A stretch of DNA of 63,759 bases, filler included, from Reticulomyxa filosa (Eukaryota > Protista > Foraminifera), in assembly GCA_000512085.1 (NCBI GenBank). It is 14 parts of 14 records of this genome, joined end to end, with 100 filler letters (N's around TTAATTAATTAA, not from the genome) between each part and the next. Parts side by side here need not be neighbours in the genome. Positions count along the whole stretch, not along the records: positions 1 to 2,211 come from ASPP01024213.1; positions 2,312 to 4,724 come from ASPP01001759.1; positions 4,825 to 7,615 come from ASPP01026145.1; positions 7,716 to 10,278 come from ASPP01044250.1; positions 10,379 to 15,798 come from ASPP01014540.1; 9 more parts are not named here. The stretch is one strand, 5' to 3'. Both the position numbers and the translations under genes were made by a program. Each line of letters starts with the position of its first letter. The first letter of the stretch is position 1. Positions 1 through 14,900 of the stretch are shown in pieces. The notes beneath the pieces were generated by a model, which had not been told where the DNA came from, ran no database searches, and worked only from the letters and a program-made list of their open reading frames with translations.

Positions 1-2211
1 TGTTTTCCAGATGATGCATCCCACAATCGAATGGTAAATAAAGTGGCAATAGGTGCAACACTAACTGGAAGAGAAAGAGACAGATATGGATTTGCATGGC
101 TATGGATTTGGGCAGTCAATGAGACAACAGTCATCTCAAAAAAACTCACTAAGTGCCGGAAATACCCTTGACACTTCTGACTTGAAGTCAGAAGTTACCG
201 AAGCTTTTCAGAGCTCTCAAAACAGCGAGGTACCAGAAAATAAAAGCGAAAGAGACGATAGTACTCAAAAAACGGAAAACGAAACTGAAAAAGTGACTCA
301 GTTTTATCCGAACCAAAAACTACGTATATTAACTGCAGAACGTGCAGGATTCCGATGTCCCTATTGTGACTATAATCAAGATGCATTTGACAAAATTGCC
401 AACCACATGTGGAAATTTAATGACAGCAATAGTACGAAGAAGCAATGCAGCGGAAAAACAAGTACAATCGTTAATATCGAACCAAAAATTCTCACAGGGA
501 AAGTTGAATCGCAACTCCGTTCAGACTTCACAAATTGGAACTGGGACATTATAAAAACAAACATAAAAAACAAGATTGGACTGACTTGCAAAAACTCGGA
601 ATATAGATAGAACATAAAAAGCAAATGTCACAAAAACATAGAGAAAAAATCTGTATAAAAGAAATATTACAAGACGATAATGAAGCAAACGAAGAAGAGG
701 AACCTATGACAATAAGAGCCAAAATGACGATAACAATTTACACAACGATTGTGATAAGAAACGTCACGAAACTCCTACAGGTGCTGCGATAAAAATTACA
801 AGGAAAAGAACGTTATCACAAATTACAGATAGTAACATTTGCAGCGAAGATGTTACTAGTGAACACGACGATGATTACGAACAAGTCGAAACCCACCGTA
901 CAAAGATTGGCGATAGAGGATTACACTCAAACAAACGAATAAAAACGAAAGCAAGAATCTCTCCGGTCCAACATAGTGTAGATAAACCATTGTCGCCGAA
1001 AAACTTGCTAGATCAATTTGAGAACTCGGCCAAGCCAATTAGCCCAAAAAACGATTATCTCAGAAAAATTGCGGAACTCAATGCTGAAATCAAAAAACAG
1101 GAAACAATTGTTCAAAGCCTAAAACAAGAAAAAGAAAACCTAATCCAAAAATTGGAACAGAAAGAAAATGATATACGAAACTTACATAAGCAGAAGCAAC
1201 AAGAAAAAGTATCAAACCAAGCAAAGGCAACGATGCATAGCAAGGCTAACCAATTAACAAACAATTGATACTATTTGGACGAGGATTATGGAAATACCGG
1301 AATGTTGCAGAGATGTACAACCTGCTTCAATCCGGTGGTATTTCAACGGAACAGATCCAAGAGATCAAAACTATTGGACAGGCCTCTCCAGGAGGAAAGA
1401 TATTCTTTATCCTGGACTGTGCTGACGAATACATAGCGCAAATAGTCAAAAGGCAAATAATACAATGGATACCGCGCACAAGGCCTAGAGACATAAGTCG
1501 CGTAGAATATTACAACCCCAACAAACTGCAAAAACGGACACCACATAGTAATTGGAGGAACGAAAATGATCAATACTTGAAGGGACGAAACAGTTCAATT
1601 CACTATCAAAGAATATCTGAATATAGTAACAAGCCAATAATGCAGCGAACACCACTTAACTATCACGGTAACCGGAGATGGAACAACAATGGCAACGAAC
1701 ATGTGCATACCTATCATAACAATTTCGACTGGAGAAACAGGCATCATCGATTGCATCCACATTTCCGTTCGCGACAACAGTACAATCGGAATTCGTTTAG
1801 ATACAGACCAAGGCCAAGGTATCACTTCTGGAAGTACAAAAATGAGCCACGATATTGTAAAACATCACGAGATAACATGGAATGGGTGCCTAAGTGCAAT
1901 AATAACATAAACATACAACAAAACAACACAAATAATATTCAACAAGATCGGAAAAGTCCCTTACAAACTCCAAGAATAAACATAAGTACTGGAAGACGCA
2001 ATATGGACGTATGTTCCAATTGAGGACGTAGCCGCTGCTCCTCAATCCAAAATGCTACACAACAAAATATATTTAATTTATTTAATAGAGAAACCACCAC
2101 AAATGTATTTAAAGCACGTTTGGTTAGCCGCGACATGACCTTTTCTGTAACACCGTATATACAACCCTTGATAAACGTAAATCATATGCGAACTACACAA
2201 CCAACAAACAG
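1..2211 (+). pseudogene. Degenerate intronless ORF (CxxC..H zinc-finger-like motif, coiled coil, basic N/R/H-rich tail); possibly ORF1 of a retroelement
   Basis: ORF pieces 86-610 (FRCPYCDY..NHMW), about 720-1268 (coiled coil) and 1265-2023 link through stops and frameshifts; no introns seen. Confidence 0.35.
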
Positions 2212-2685
2212 NNNNNNNNNNNNNNNNNNNNNNNNNNNNNNNNNNNNNNNNNNNNTTAATTAATTAANNNNNNNNNNNNNNNNNNNNNNNNNNNNNNNNN
2301 NNNNNNNNNNNATTAACAAGAGCTGCGAAATAATAAGTAGATTTAATTATGCTTTGAAATTTATTTAAAGAACTATACGAATATTATAAATATACTACAC
2401 TTCTGAGACTACATTATTAACATTAAAGCAATTTAACCAATTTTTAGTGAAATATTATTCATTAATATCTGTAAATAATAGTTATGTCATAAATGCTAAA
2501 TTATCAAAATCATTAAATGATAATTTCTAAATTGGTTAAACAAAAAGCATTGTCTGGATAGATTATTCAAATTATTATCAAAATTAAATAATACCTTTTT
2601 TTTAAAAGTTAAATAATATGTTCTTTTGTTTCCTAAAAATCTTCATCAACAAGATATTTTGCATTGTTTGAATGTGAATATTTTT

Positions 2686-2775
2686 ATATTTTCTTTGCAC
2701 CTTCTGGCTAAGATCAGTTCTTTTCAGACTGATATCTGAGATTAGAAACTATTTATCCATAAACAGTTGATTAGG
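2686..2775 (+). ncRNA. U2: U2 snRNA-like sequence (5' half) lacking the branch-point recognition region; variant or pseudogene
   Basis: TCTTTGCACCTTCTGGCTAAGATCA|GTTCTTTTCAGACTGATATCTGAGA matches conserved U2 CCUUUUGGCUAAGAUCA[AGUGUAGUAUCU]GUUCUU(A/U)UCAG..AUAUCUGA; stems I, IIa and IIb can form. Confidence 0.65.
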
Positions 2776-3060
2776 ATGATTCCTTCACTGCGATCTACAA
2801 CACAAAAGGGCTTACTCATTTGTATGTTTACAACTCGAATGAATTTCAATTTGTTTGGGTTAGTTGAAGTGGTGATTCTAGTATCAAACAATATATTCTA
2901 AAAAATAGAATCATATTTATTCTACTACAAAAAAATTGGATTATATTACTTTTGATGTGGTCATGTGACTCAATAGTTATAAAAACAATTTAATTGAAAT
3001 TTTAAGTGATTTGCTTCTTTTATTTGAAAAATATTTCATCTCAAGAAATTTATTCCAGTA
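2770..3060 (+). pseudogene. Possible decayed coronin-like fragment
   Basis: The frame gives 'FVWVS*SGDSSIKQY' (coronin GKGDSSIRYF), and 'QEIYS' follows later in another frame (FQEDLYP); many stops. Confidence 0.25.
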
Positions 3061-3128
3061 AATGAAATAATATTCACAACGATTATATCAGGATTTTTAA
3101 AAGCAAGCAAAGTGCATGAAATTAAGTG

Positions 3129-3620
3129 CTAAGACGTCAAGTCTAATGAAAATTGTGTAGTCAATATATCTCTTAAATGTCCTAATAATTGTTTTATCTC
3201 TATACTAGAATGTATATCCCATAATCGTATTGTATTATCTTGCAAACCTGATACAACATATTTTCCATCTGGAGAAAAGTTTACGTCACATATTTCATTG
3301 GAACCATTTTTTAATTTCATTACTCCATTTCCTGTATTAATATCACATAATCGAATTGTTCCATTACCTGAACAGGAAACAACAGCATGTCCGTCTGGTG
3401 AAAATCTTGCATCAAATACTCGATCAGTATGTCCTCTGAAAATTTTAATGTGTTTTCCTGATGCAACATCTCATATTTTAACAGTGTGATCATATGATTC
3501 CGAAACAATTTTGCGACCATCTGCTGAAAATCTTACGCTGTTTACTATATTATCATGTCATCATAAATCCAATTAATAATTCAAAATCTCTTACCTATTT
3601 GAATGTGAATCACACACTTA
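3129..3620 (-). pseudogene. WD40-repeat pseudogene
   Basis: VNFSPDGKYVVSGLQDNTIRLWDI and FRGHTDRVFDARFSPDGHAVVSCSGNGTIRLCD in shifted frames. Confidence 0.85.
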
Positions 3621-3879
3621 TCGATTCTTTAAATGCAATCCATTTTTTCCTCGTATTGAATACTTGTGCACTGATTTTGAAATAACACTATAATCCCAAA
3701 TACGCCAACCAAAGAACAAGATGACACATATGCATACGCATAGAATGGTTTAATATTATGAGTTGATGAAATTGAAAGTGTTATCATTTTCATCATATTC
3801 AATTGATAACACTGTTTTCTACAAAATAACAGCATTTGATAATCTTGTTTATTTTTTGTTGATTTGTTTTCATCATTTC

Positions 3880-4210
3880 TTGTCCTTGTCCATTTTCTGG
3901 CTTTGATACAAAGCAATGATATTATATCCAATTATTAGTTGGTAAAGTATTATGTTTAATAAATTGAAATGTATTTAAATCAAACACATTATTATCACTA
4001 AAATAAGTGATAAATAACAAATAATTGTTTCTTCCACCAATCTCTGCAATCACTTCTTGATATTTATCTTGATCTCTTCTAATGATAATTGGATGATTGT
4101 GATTGTCTGTAAAAGGAATCCATTAGTTGTAATTATTCAATTCATTTGATTTGTGATAAACTTATATTCGTTTTTGAGTATATGATAAGAATAACAAGCA
4201 TTTTCATTAA
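3880..4210 (-). pseudogene. Kelch-like repeat pseudogene (lineage-expanded family)
   Basis: Minus strand reads PFTDNHNHPIIIRRDQDKY..IGGRNNYLLFITY..VFDLNTFQFIKHNTLPTNNWI*YHCFVSK. Confidence 0.6.
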
Positions 4211-4913
4211 AACCTCAACAAATGATGATTTCGTGTTAAATGGGGCTTATTTATGCAAAAAATAAAAATAATTAATACCAAAGCCCAGCTATTGAATTTC
4301 GAAAGATAGTTGAATAATAAAATATTAGCTTTGTTATATAATGTGAAATTTTTCATGTTGGGAAAATACAAATCAACTGATTTGCTCTTTATTTAGCACA
4401 CAACAAAAGCTAGGCTTACGAAATATTCATGTTTATGTTAAAACAATAACAAAAAAGAAAGAATAGTCTTGAGTCATTTAATATTTCCTCCTTTCATTTC
4501 AATATCACCATCATTTATACACTTTTTCCAACTCTTGCTTTTCCATAGATACTAATATAAAGCAGTCGCCGTGTTGTACGTGTCAGAGATTACCAACTGA
4601 TTTATTGCGCCCTTTCAAAGGCAATGCGAGCTGTGAGGTCCTTGCAAACACAAAATGTGATACGTTTCTGGACTTGTAGCTTCAAGACATGAAAAAGAGG
4701 ACGTTGCATCAAAACGGATACAAANNNNNNNNNNNNNNNNNNNNNNNNNNNNNNNNNNNNNNNNNNNNTTAATTAATTAANNNNNNNNNNNNNNNNNNNN
4801 NNNNNNNNNNNNNNNNNNNNNNNNAAAAAAAAATTAAAAATGATCCAAATGAAGTTGGATACTGGACAGAAGTCAAAAATCAAATCAACAACTTCTTGAT
4901 CACTTAGAAAAAG

Positions 4914-5228
4914 TCAGAGCATTTCCCAACGTCTGCACAAATTCAAATTCAAGCCTAAAATGCACACTTGTTTGTCAAGATATATGAAATCATTTCGTAC
5001 TTGTCTTCTCAATTGCCGGACAAACACAGTTTCGGATGATGTTGTCCTTGCCATTACAATACAGTTCACTGAATGTAAACCAATGCCTTCGTTGAAAACG
5101 TTAACATTGATCCGCACTTGTAAGTGCCCATTTACAAAAGCATTCATCGTGTCCAGATATTTATCTGTAGACATAAGATAATGCACTGAGCCTGCGCGCA
5201 GTCTATTGGTTGTACATAACTCTGGCAT
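4914..5228 (-). pseudogene. SF2 helicase C-terminal domain remnant (ResIII/RadD/IRC3-like)
   Basis: FVNGHLQVRINVNVFNEGIGLHSVNCIVMARTTSSETVFVRQLRRQVR resembles motifs V-VI (EGxD..RpT.S...QqlGRglR) with key residues eroded. Confidence 0.7.
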
Positions 5229-6096
5229 TACAAAATAAAAAGATGCAATTGAACTAAACTAGGTAATTATTGCCACAAATGAAACAACTTTACATTAATC
5301 GCAATCACTCTTTTGAGACCATGTCCATGCTATCCATACGAAGAGACTGATTGACAATCACTTGACAGTTGGGGTCTGTAAACGTACATGAAGGTACAAA
5401 TGTATTGTTCTAATTATGTATATACAAAACATGTTCAAAATTTGATTCAAAAAAACAAAACGGTGAAAAATTAGTGACTTTGACGGTAATTAACGTTTAT
5501 GCAGGACATTATATAGCAGCAAATGAAAAAAAAGATTTTAGCCTATAAAAAATGCCTTTATTTGGATATACGTATACACAAAAACGTTTTCGTTTGCACA
5601 CACGCCAAAAAAAAAAAAGAAAAACAAACTTGAAATAAAACTTATCAACCATTATATCTTCGATTTATTGCCACCTTTCAAATTAGTGGAAACATATTTC
5701 AACTTTCTTCCAAAATCTTCCGCTGATGCGAGTGTGCAATATGGAGCAACGAGTTAATCATTCAAGGCAATCCCTTTTTGCCATGTTGGACTGCAAATTC
5801 ACTACATAAATAAGATATAATTTCTATCCACATTTAATGGCATATTTTCTTTATCTGCTTGTATCTTGTTGTTCAAGCAACTGGCTGGATATCAATGTAA
5901 TCACGAGAAATTCACGTAAGCGTCCATGTTTCGGTATTTCTTTCTTCAATCTTACTTAATGCACGTAAATATTTCCAGCTATTCTTGCGTTCTATTTACA
6001 CTTAGTCACGACTGTGCGTATGTATTGCAAAAACTCTTGTACACTTCATTCTTCAATTTTTCATATATTGTGTACTGTTGTTTCTTCCGTACCTTC

Positions 6097-7615
6097 AAGT
6101 TCGCCACTGTTTGGCACTTGTCAAAAAAATAACTTTCAAAGATTTCTTTGTAACCGCGATTATGAACTATAAACACATTCATATCCTTTACTCCACACGA
6201 GAAAGTCTTACAATTTACGAAACAAGTCTTTTCTAACATTACTCAAAGGGGGCTACCCCTAGATCAAACAAAATGAAGTGAACGAAAACATCAATTTTCT
6301 CTAATAATTACTTCCAAAAATGTTCATTTGTTTAATTTTTAAAAAAAAATTATAAAAATGATCTATTTTATTTCAATTGTATTTATTTACTATTTTTCAC
6401 TGTTTTTTTTATTTTAATTTTTTCAAAAGTGTTTCCAAAGGGATTTTTAAAAAAAAAAACTAGCTATTTGAAGTAAATTAATGTCATCGTAGAACAAAAT
6501 GAAATCTTTGTAATCTTTTTGATTAATTTAACAACAAATCAAAAATAAGAAAATGAACGATTATTATTTTTGGGCAGTCCAAATGTGCATTGAACTAAAT
6601 ATCACATAGTCTGAAATTTTGGAAAAAGCAAGCAAACACTCACTTGCCTTCAACATCTTCTCTCCATGTACAACATTCATCTTCAAGTATTTTTTTTGTT
6701 TATTGATTTAGCAAAGGGATTTGAGTTCGGGCAAAGATATTACTTTTTTTTTTATAACATATATCAGTCATGTTTTCAAAGACTTGTTTTGTCTCTTTGG
6801 TACTACCAGGTATATTTGTAATCTCTTTGGCACAAAAACATGTTTTCATATACATAAAAATCATGTTTTTTTGAAACATTATCTGCAAATGTTCAAGTGT
6901 TCCATAATCAAGAAAAAATAAAATACAATTCATTATGAAAGAAACATATGACTAGTTTGATAAAAGGGCAACAAAATATAATAAAAAATAACAACTAAAT
7001 TTTCTCATAAGCTCAGTTGTTGTTTGGTAATAAACAAAAGCAAAATTACTGAAATATGTTAATTCTATTGGATTTCTATCTTTTTCTAAAAACTCAAATA
7101 TAAGCCATTTATTCAATAGATGAACATACAGTTGTTTTGGCTTAATTGAAAAACTTTATCATAGAATTTGCAGTTACAATTATAGTCTGCTTGGACCTTT
7201 TCCAATAATCTTTCATTTCCTTTAAAACGCGATTGTTTCAAAATTGTAATTTCGTATTTGTGTAATTTTATTACCAAATTCTTAATTTCAATGCTCTATT
7301 TTTTCCTGCAGTAATTACATTTTCAAATAGCCAAGTCAACATTTTAATCTATCTTATCACATTTCAAGAATATAATTTCCATAATTGTATTGCGTAATGT
7401 CATTTCTTTTCTTCCGTGTGCTCATACACACTTGTCTGAAGTTCACCACAGTCTGACAAGTGTCTAAGAAAAAAATTCCAAAAGTCCTTCGTAATCGCAA
7501 TTATGAGCTACCAATTCACTCATATCCTTTGCTTCACGCGAGAAAATCTTAAAATTTACGAAACACCTCATTTCAGCCATTAGTCTGAGGGGGCTACCCC
7601 TAGATCAAACAAAAT
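6097..7615 (-). repeat. Diverged direct repeat of about 175 bp (6097-6274 and 7439-7615), probably a duplicated pseudo-exon
   Basis: Both copies end AGGGGGCTACCCCTAGATCAAACAAAAT; on the minus strand they read TTTGATCTAG|GGGT (acceptor) then GSPL..M.E..CFVN.K.FS...KDM. Confidence 0.8.
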
Positions 7616-7715
7616 NNNNNNNNNNNNNNNNNNNNNNNNNNNNNNNNNNNNNNNNNNNNTTAATTAATTAANNNNNNNNNNNNNNNNNNNNNNNNNNNNN
7701 NNNNNNNNNNNNNNN

Positions 7716-10278
7716 ATGTCATATTCATCTTTCTTTTCATAAGCAAGTCCCAAATTGTTATATGAATTACCAACATCAATATGATCCTCGCCTGATTTCT
7801 CTAATCTTATTTTTAGTCCTTTTTCGTAATATTCAATCGCTTTGTCCCATTCTTTTTTTTTTATATAATTGAATCCCAATTTGTTATATGATTCAGCAAC
7901 GTTAATATTATCTTCACCTAATTTACTCAATCTTATTTTTAGTGCTTTTTCGTGGTATTTAATAGCAATGTCATATTCATGTTTCTCACAATAAATATTT
8001 CCCAAATTGTTGTACAAATCAGCAACACCAATATTATCTTCGCCTAATTTATCCAATCTTATTTTTAGTTCTTTTTCGTAATATTCAATCGCTTTGTCCC
8101 ATTCTTTTTTTTTTTTATAACTGAATCCCAATTTGTTATATGAATTAGCAACGACAATATGATTTTCACCTAATTTATCCAATCTTATTTTCAAGGTTTT
8201 TTCATGGAATGTAATTGCTATGTCATATTCATTTTTTTTGTTATAAGCCTTTCCCAAATTGTTATATGAATTACCAACGTCAATATGATCTTCGCCTAAT
8301 TTCTCCAATATTATTTTTAGTTGTTTTTCCCAATATTCAATCGCTTTGTCCAATTCATTTTTCTTATAATAAATACATCCCAAATTGTAATATGAATCAG
8401 CAACGTTAATATGATCTTCACCTAATTTATTTAATTGTATTTTCAGTGCTTTTTCGTGGAATGTAATTGCTATGTCATATTCATTTTTTTTGTTATAAGC
8501 ATTTCCCAAATTGTTGTATATATTAGCAACATCTATATGATCTTCGCCTAATTTCTCTAATCTTATTTTTAATGCTTTTTCCCAATATTTAATCGCTTTG
8601 TCCCATTCATTTTTTTTAAAATAAATACATGCTTTTTCGTAATATTCAATCGCTTTATCCCATTCATTTTTTTTATAATAAACAAATCCTAAAAGAAGTT
8701 GTGATCTAGCAACATCAATGTGATCTTTACCTAATTTATCCAATCTTATTTTCAAGGCTTTTTCGTGGAATGCAATTGCTATGCCATGTTTATTTTTTTT
8801 GTTATAAGCCTTTCCCAAATTGTTGTATAAACTAGCAACATCAATGTGATCTTCGCCTAATTTATTTAATCGTATTTTCAGTGCTTTTTCGTAATATTCA
8901 ATCGCTTTGTCCCATTCGTTTTTTTTATAATAAATATCTCCCAAACCGCTGTATGAACTAGCAACATCAATGTGATCTTCGCCTAATTTATCTAATATTA
9001 TTTTTAGTGCTTTTTCGTGGTACTTAATAGCGATGTCATATTCATCTTTCTCAAGTCCCAAATCGTTGTATAAATCAGCAACATCAATATGATCTTCGCC
9101 TAATTTCTCTAATCTTATTTTTAGTCCTTTTTCCCAATATTCAATCGCTTTGTCCCATTCATTTTTTTTAAAATAAATACGTCCCAATTTGTTGCATGAA
9201 TCGGCAAAATCAATATGATCTTTACCTAGTCCTCTATCTAATATTATTTTTAGTGCTTTTTCGTAGCATTCAATTGCCATATCGTATTCATCTTTCTTTT
9301 CATAAGCAAGTCCCAAATCGTTGTATGAATAGGCAACATAAATATTATCTTCGCCTAATTTCTCTAATTTTATTTTTAGTTCTTTTTCGTAATGTTCAAT
9401 CGCTTTGTCCCATTCATCTTTCTCATAATAAGTAGATCCCAAGTTGTTATATGATCTAGCAACGCCAATATAATCTTCACCTAATTTCTCTAATCTTATT
9501 TTTAGTTCTTTTTCCCAATATTCAATCGCTTTGTCCCATTCTTCTTTATCATAATAAACATATCCCAAATCTCTGTATGAATTAGCAACATCAATATGAT
9601 CTTCACCTAATTTATCCAATCTTATTTTCAGTGCTTTTTCGTGGCATTCAATTGCCCTATCGTAGTTATCTTCAAACTCGTAAAGATTGGCCAGGTTGAT
9701 GTACAGTGTAACAACACAAATATCATCTTCACCAAATTTTGTTGATCGTATCTTCAACGCTTTTTCGTAATATTTAATCGCTTTTTTTGATTTCCATTCT
9801 TGTTCATAACTGAATCCCAATTCGTAATATGAATTAGCAACGTCAATATGATCTTCACCTAATTTACCCAATCTTATTTTTAAGGCTTTTTCGTGGAATG
9901 CAATTGCTATGTCGTATTCATGTTTTTTGTTATAAGCCAATCCCAAATTGTTGTATGAATTAGCAATAGTAATGCGATCTTCACTTAATTTCTCTAATCT
10001 TATTTTTAGTTCTTTTTCCCAATATTCAATCGCTTTGTCCCATTTATATTTCTTATAATAAATATCTCCCAAACTGCTGTATGAACGAGCAACATCAATA
10101 TGATCTTCGCCTAATATATCTAATATTACACCAAGTACAATTCGATAAAACTGAATTGCTTTGTCAAAATTTAATTCTTTACATGAAGAAATACCTAAAT
10201 TCACAAGATGATTCGTGTCGATAGGCCAAAGAGCAGTGCAAAGTGATGAATCAAAATTGTAATTGATAACAGATTGCT
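7716..10278 (-). CDS. TPR array protein with about 20 kinesin-light-chain-type 42-aa repeats (partial)
   Basis: Repeated unit AxSYNxLGxxYxKKxE(W/Y)DxAIxxxEKxLKIRLxKLGEDHIDV; the ORF is open to the contig end. Confidence 0.95.
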
Positions 10279-10415
10279 NNNNNNNNNNNNNNNNNNNNNN
10301 NNNNNNNNNNNNNNNNNNNNNNTTAATTAATTAANNNNNNNNNNNNNNNNNNNNNNNNNNNNNNNNNNNNNNNNNNNNAAAAAAAAAAAATATCAAAGAG
10401 AAAGTCCCAATTAAC

Positions 10416-13640
<3,225 letters not shown>

Positions 13641-14063
13641 CGATAACAAATGAACGCGTGGATGGTGTACACAAGACCAATTCAAACCAGAATTTACACC
13701 CCTAACGCGAAATTTTGCAGCGAAAATGGTTGAAACGTTAGTAGTGGCACAAAAAAATTCAAAACAAATTGAACCACAAAGGGTCTTTCAACAGAAAGAA
13801 GAAAGCTTTGGCCAAAACAGATATTTCGGGACGTCCGTGCGACTGTGTTGATCTAGTCCTTTTTTTTGAGTTTGTTTTGTTTTTTAAGTATCACTTTACA
13901 TTTTCATTCGACCTAACTGGAAATCTATGATAAATCGGACAAGAAAAGTTTTTAAAGATTTGCTTAAATCAATCGTTACTTCCTTATTCCTAATTGATTC
14001 TCAAAACTTTAGAGGCTGCTTCGGAACTGAGAAGTTAAAAGGAACAAGAAAAAATCACTAAAA
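13641..14063. promoter_or_regulatory. Putative bidirectional promoter between AlaRS and ERCC1
   Basis: Divergent start codons about 420 bp apart. Confidence 0.5.
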
Positions 14064-14900
14064 ATGAACACAAATACTTCAACAGCCGGGCAATCGAATC
14101 CTCGTCCGAAAGTTGGAGAAAATCAGAATAAAATTCAAGTTAATCCAAAGCAACAACTTAACCATGTGCTGTTAAGTATTAGAAAGGTCGGATTTGAAAT
14201 AAACACGCTGATTGAACCCGATTTTGTCATGGGCAATTCAATCTGTGCTCTGTGGCTCAGCATTAAATATCATAAGTTGCATCCTAATTATATCCACGGA
14301 AGAATAGCTCAACTGAAAGGAAAATACACCACTCGAATTCTTCTGACCTTTGTTGATGAAGTATTTGCTGTTTTTTTTTATTTACTTGGCTCTGGACTTT
14401 CGAATGAAAATGAATAAACATATAAACAAAAAAAACGAAAGGAAAATTGCGATGAAGCGATGATCGAAATAACGAAAATCGCTTGTATAAATAAATTTAC
14501 AATGCTGTGCGCATTCTCAATGAACGAAGCAGCACGCTATTTGGAATCGTTTAAAATATTCGAAAACAAAAGTATTGATGTTTTGAAAGGAAGTGAGTAT
14601 GACAGGGGTGGACATGACTCAAAAGACGCAAATGACAATACCAGTGATTATACAAAACGATTTGCGAAACAACTACCCAATCAAACATTACAACCCAATT
14701 TAAATGACGTAAGTGATATTTTAACAGAAATAAGAGCCGTCAACAAAACAAACGTCGCCACCCTAGTTGAGCATTTTGGTTCTTTGGCTGCTTTGTCAGC
14801 GGCTGACGAAGAAGCACTGGCCAACTTACCAGGGATTGGTCCAACTAAAATCAAAAATATTTTGAATGTTTTTGATGCGCCCTTCTCTTTGCAAAAGTGA
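14064..14900 (+). CDS. ERCC1: DNA excision repair protein ERCC1/Rad10 (intron 14361-14441)
   Basis: ALWLSIKYHKLHPNYIHGRI, NEAARYLESFKIFENK and C-terminal HhH FGSL..LPGIGPTKIK. Confidence 0.95.

Noticed and set aside
2796-2820. CAACACAAAAGGGCTTACTC resembling RNase MRP CR-V
   Set aside because: No matching GAAAGUCCCC CR-I element upstream.
6247-6262. AGGGGGCTACCCCTAG as a Helitron 3' end (also at about 7588-7603)
   Set aside because: The hairpin overlaps the CTAG and no T follows; it is better explained as a minus-strand acceptor plus a GSPL-coding exon start.
7716-10204. CRISPR-like array
   Set aside because: The repeats are in-frame 126-nt coding units with no spacers, in a eukaryotic context.
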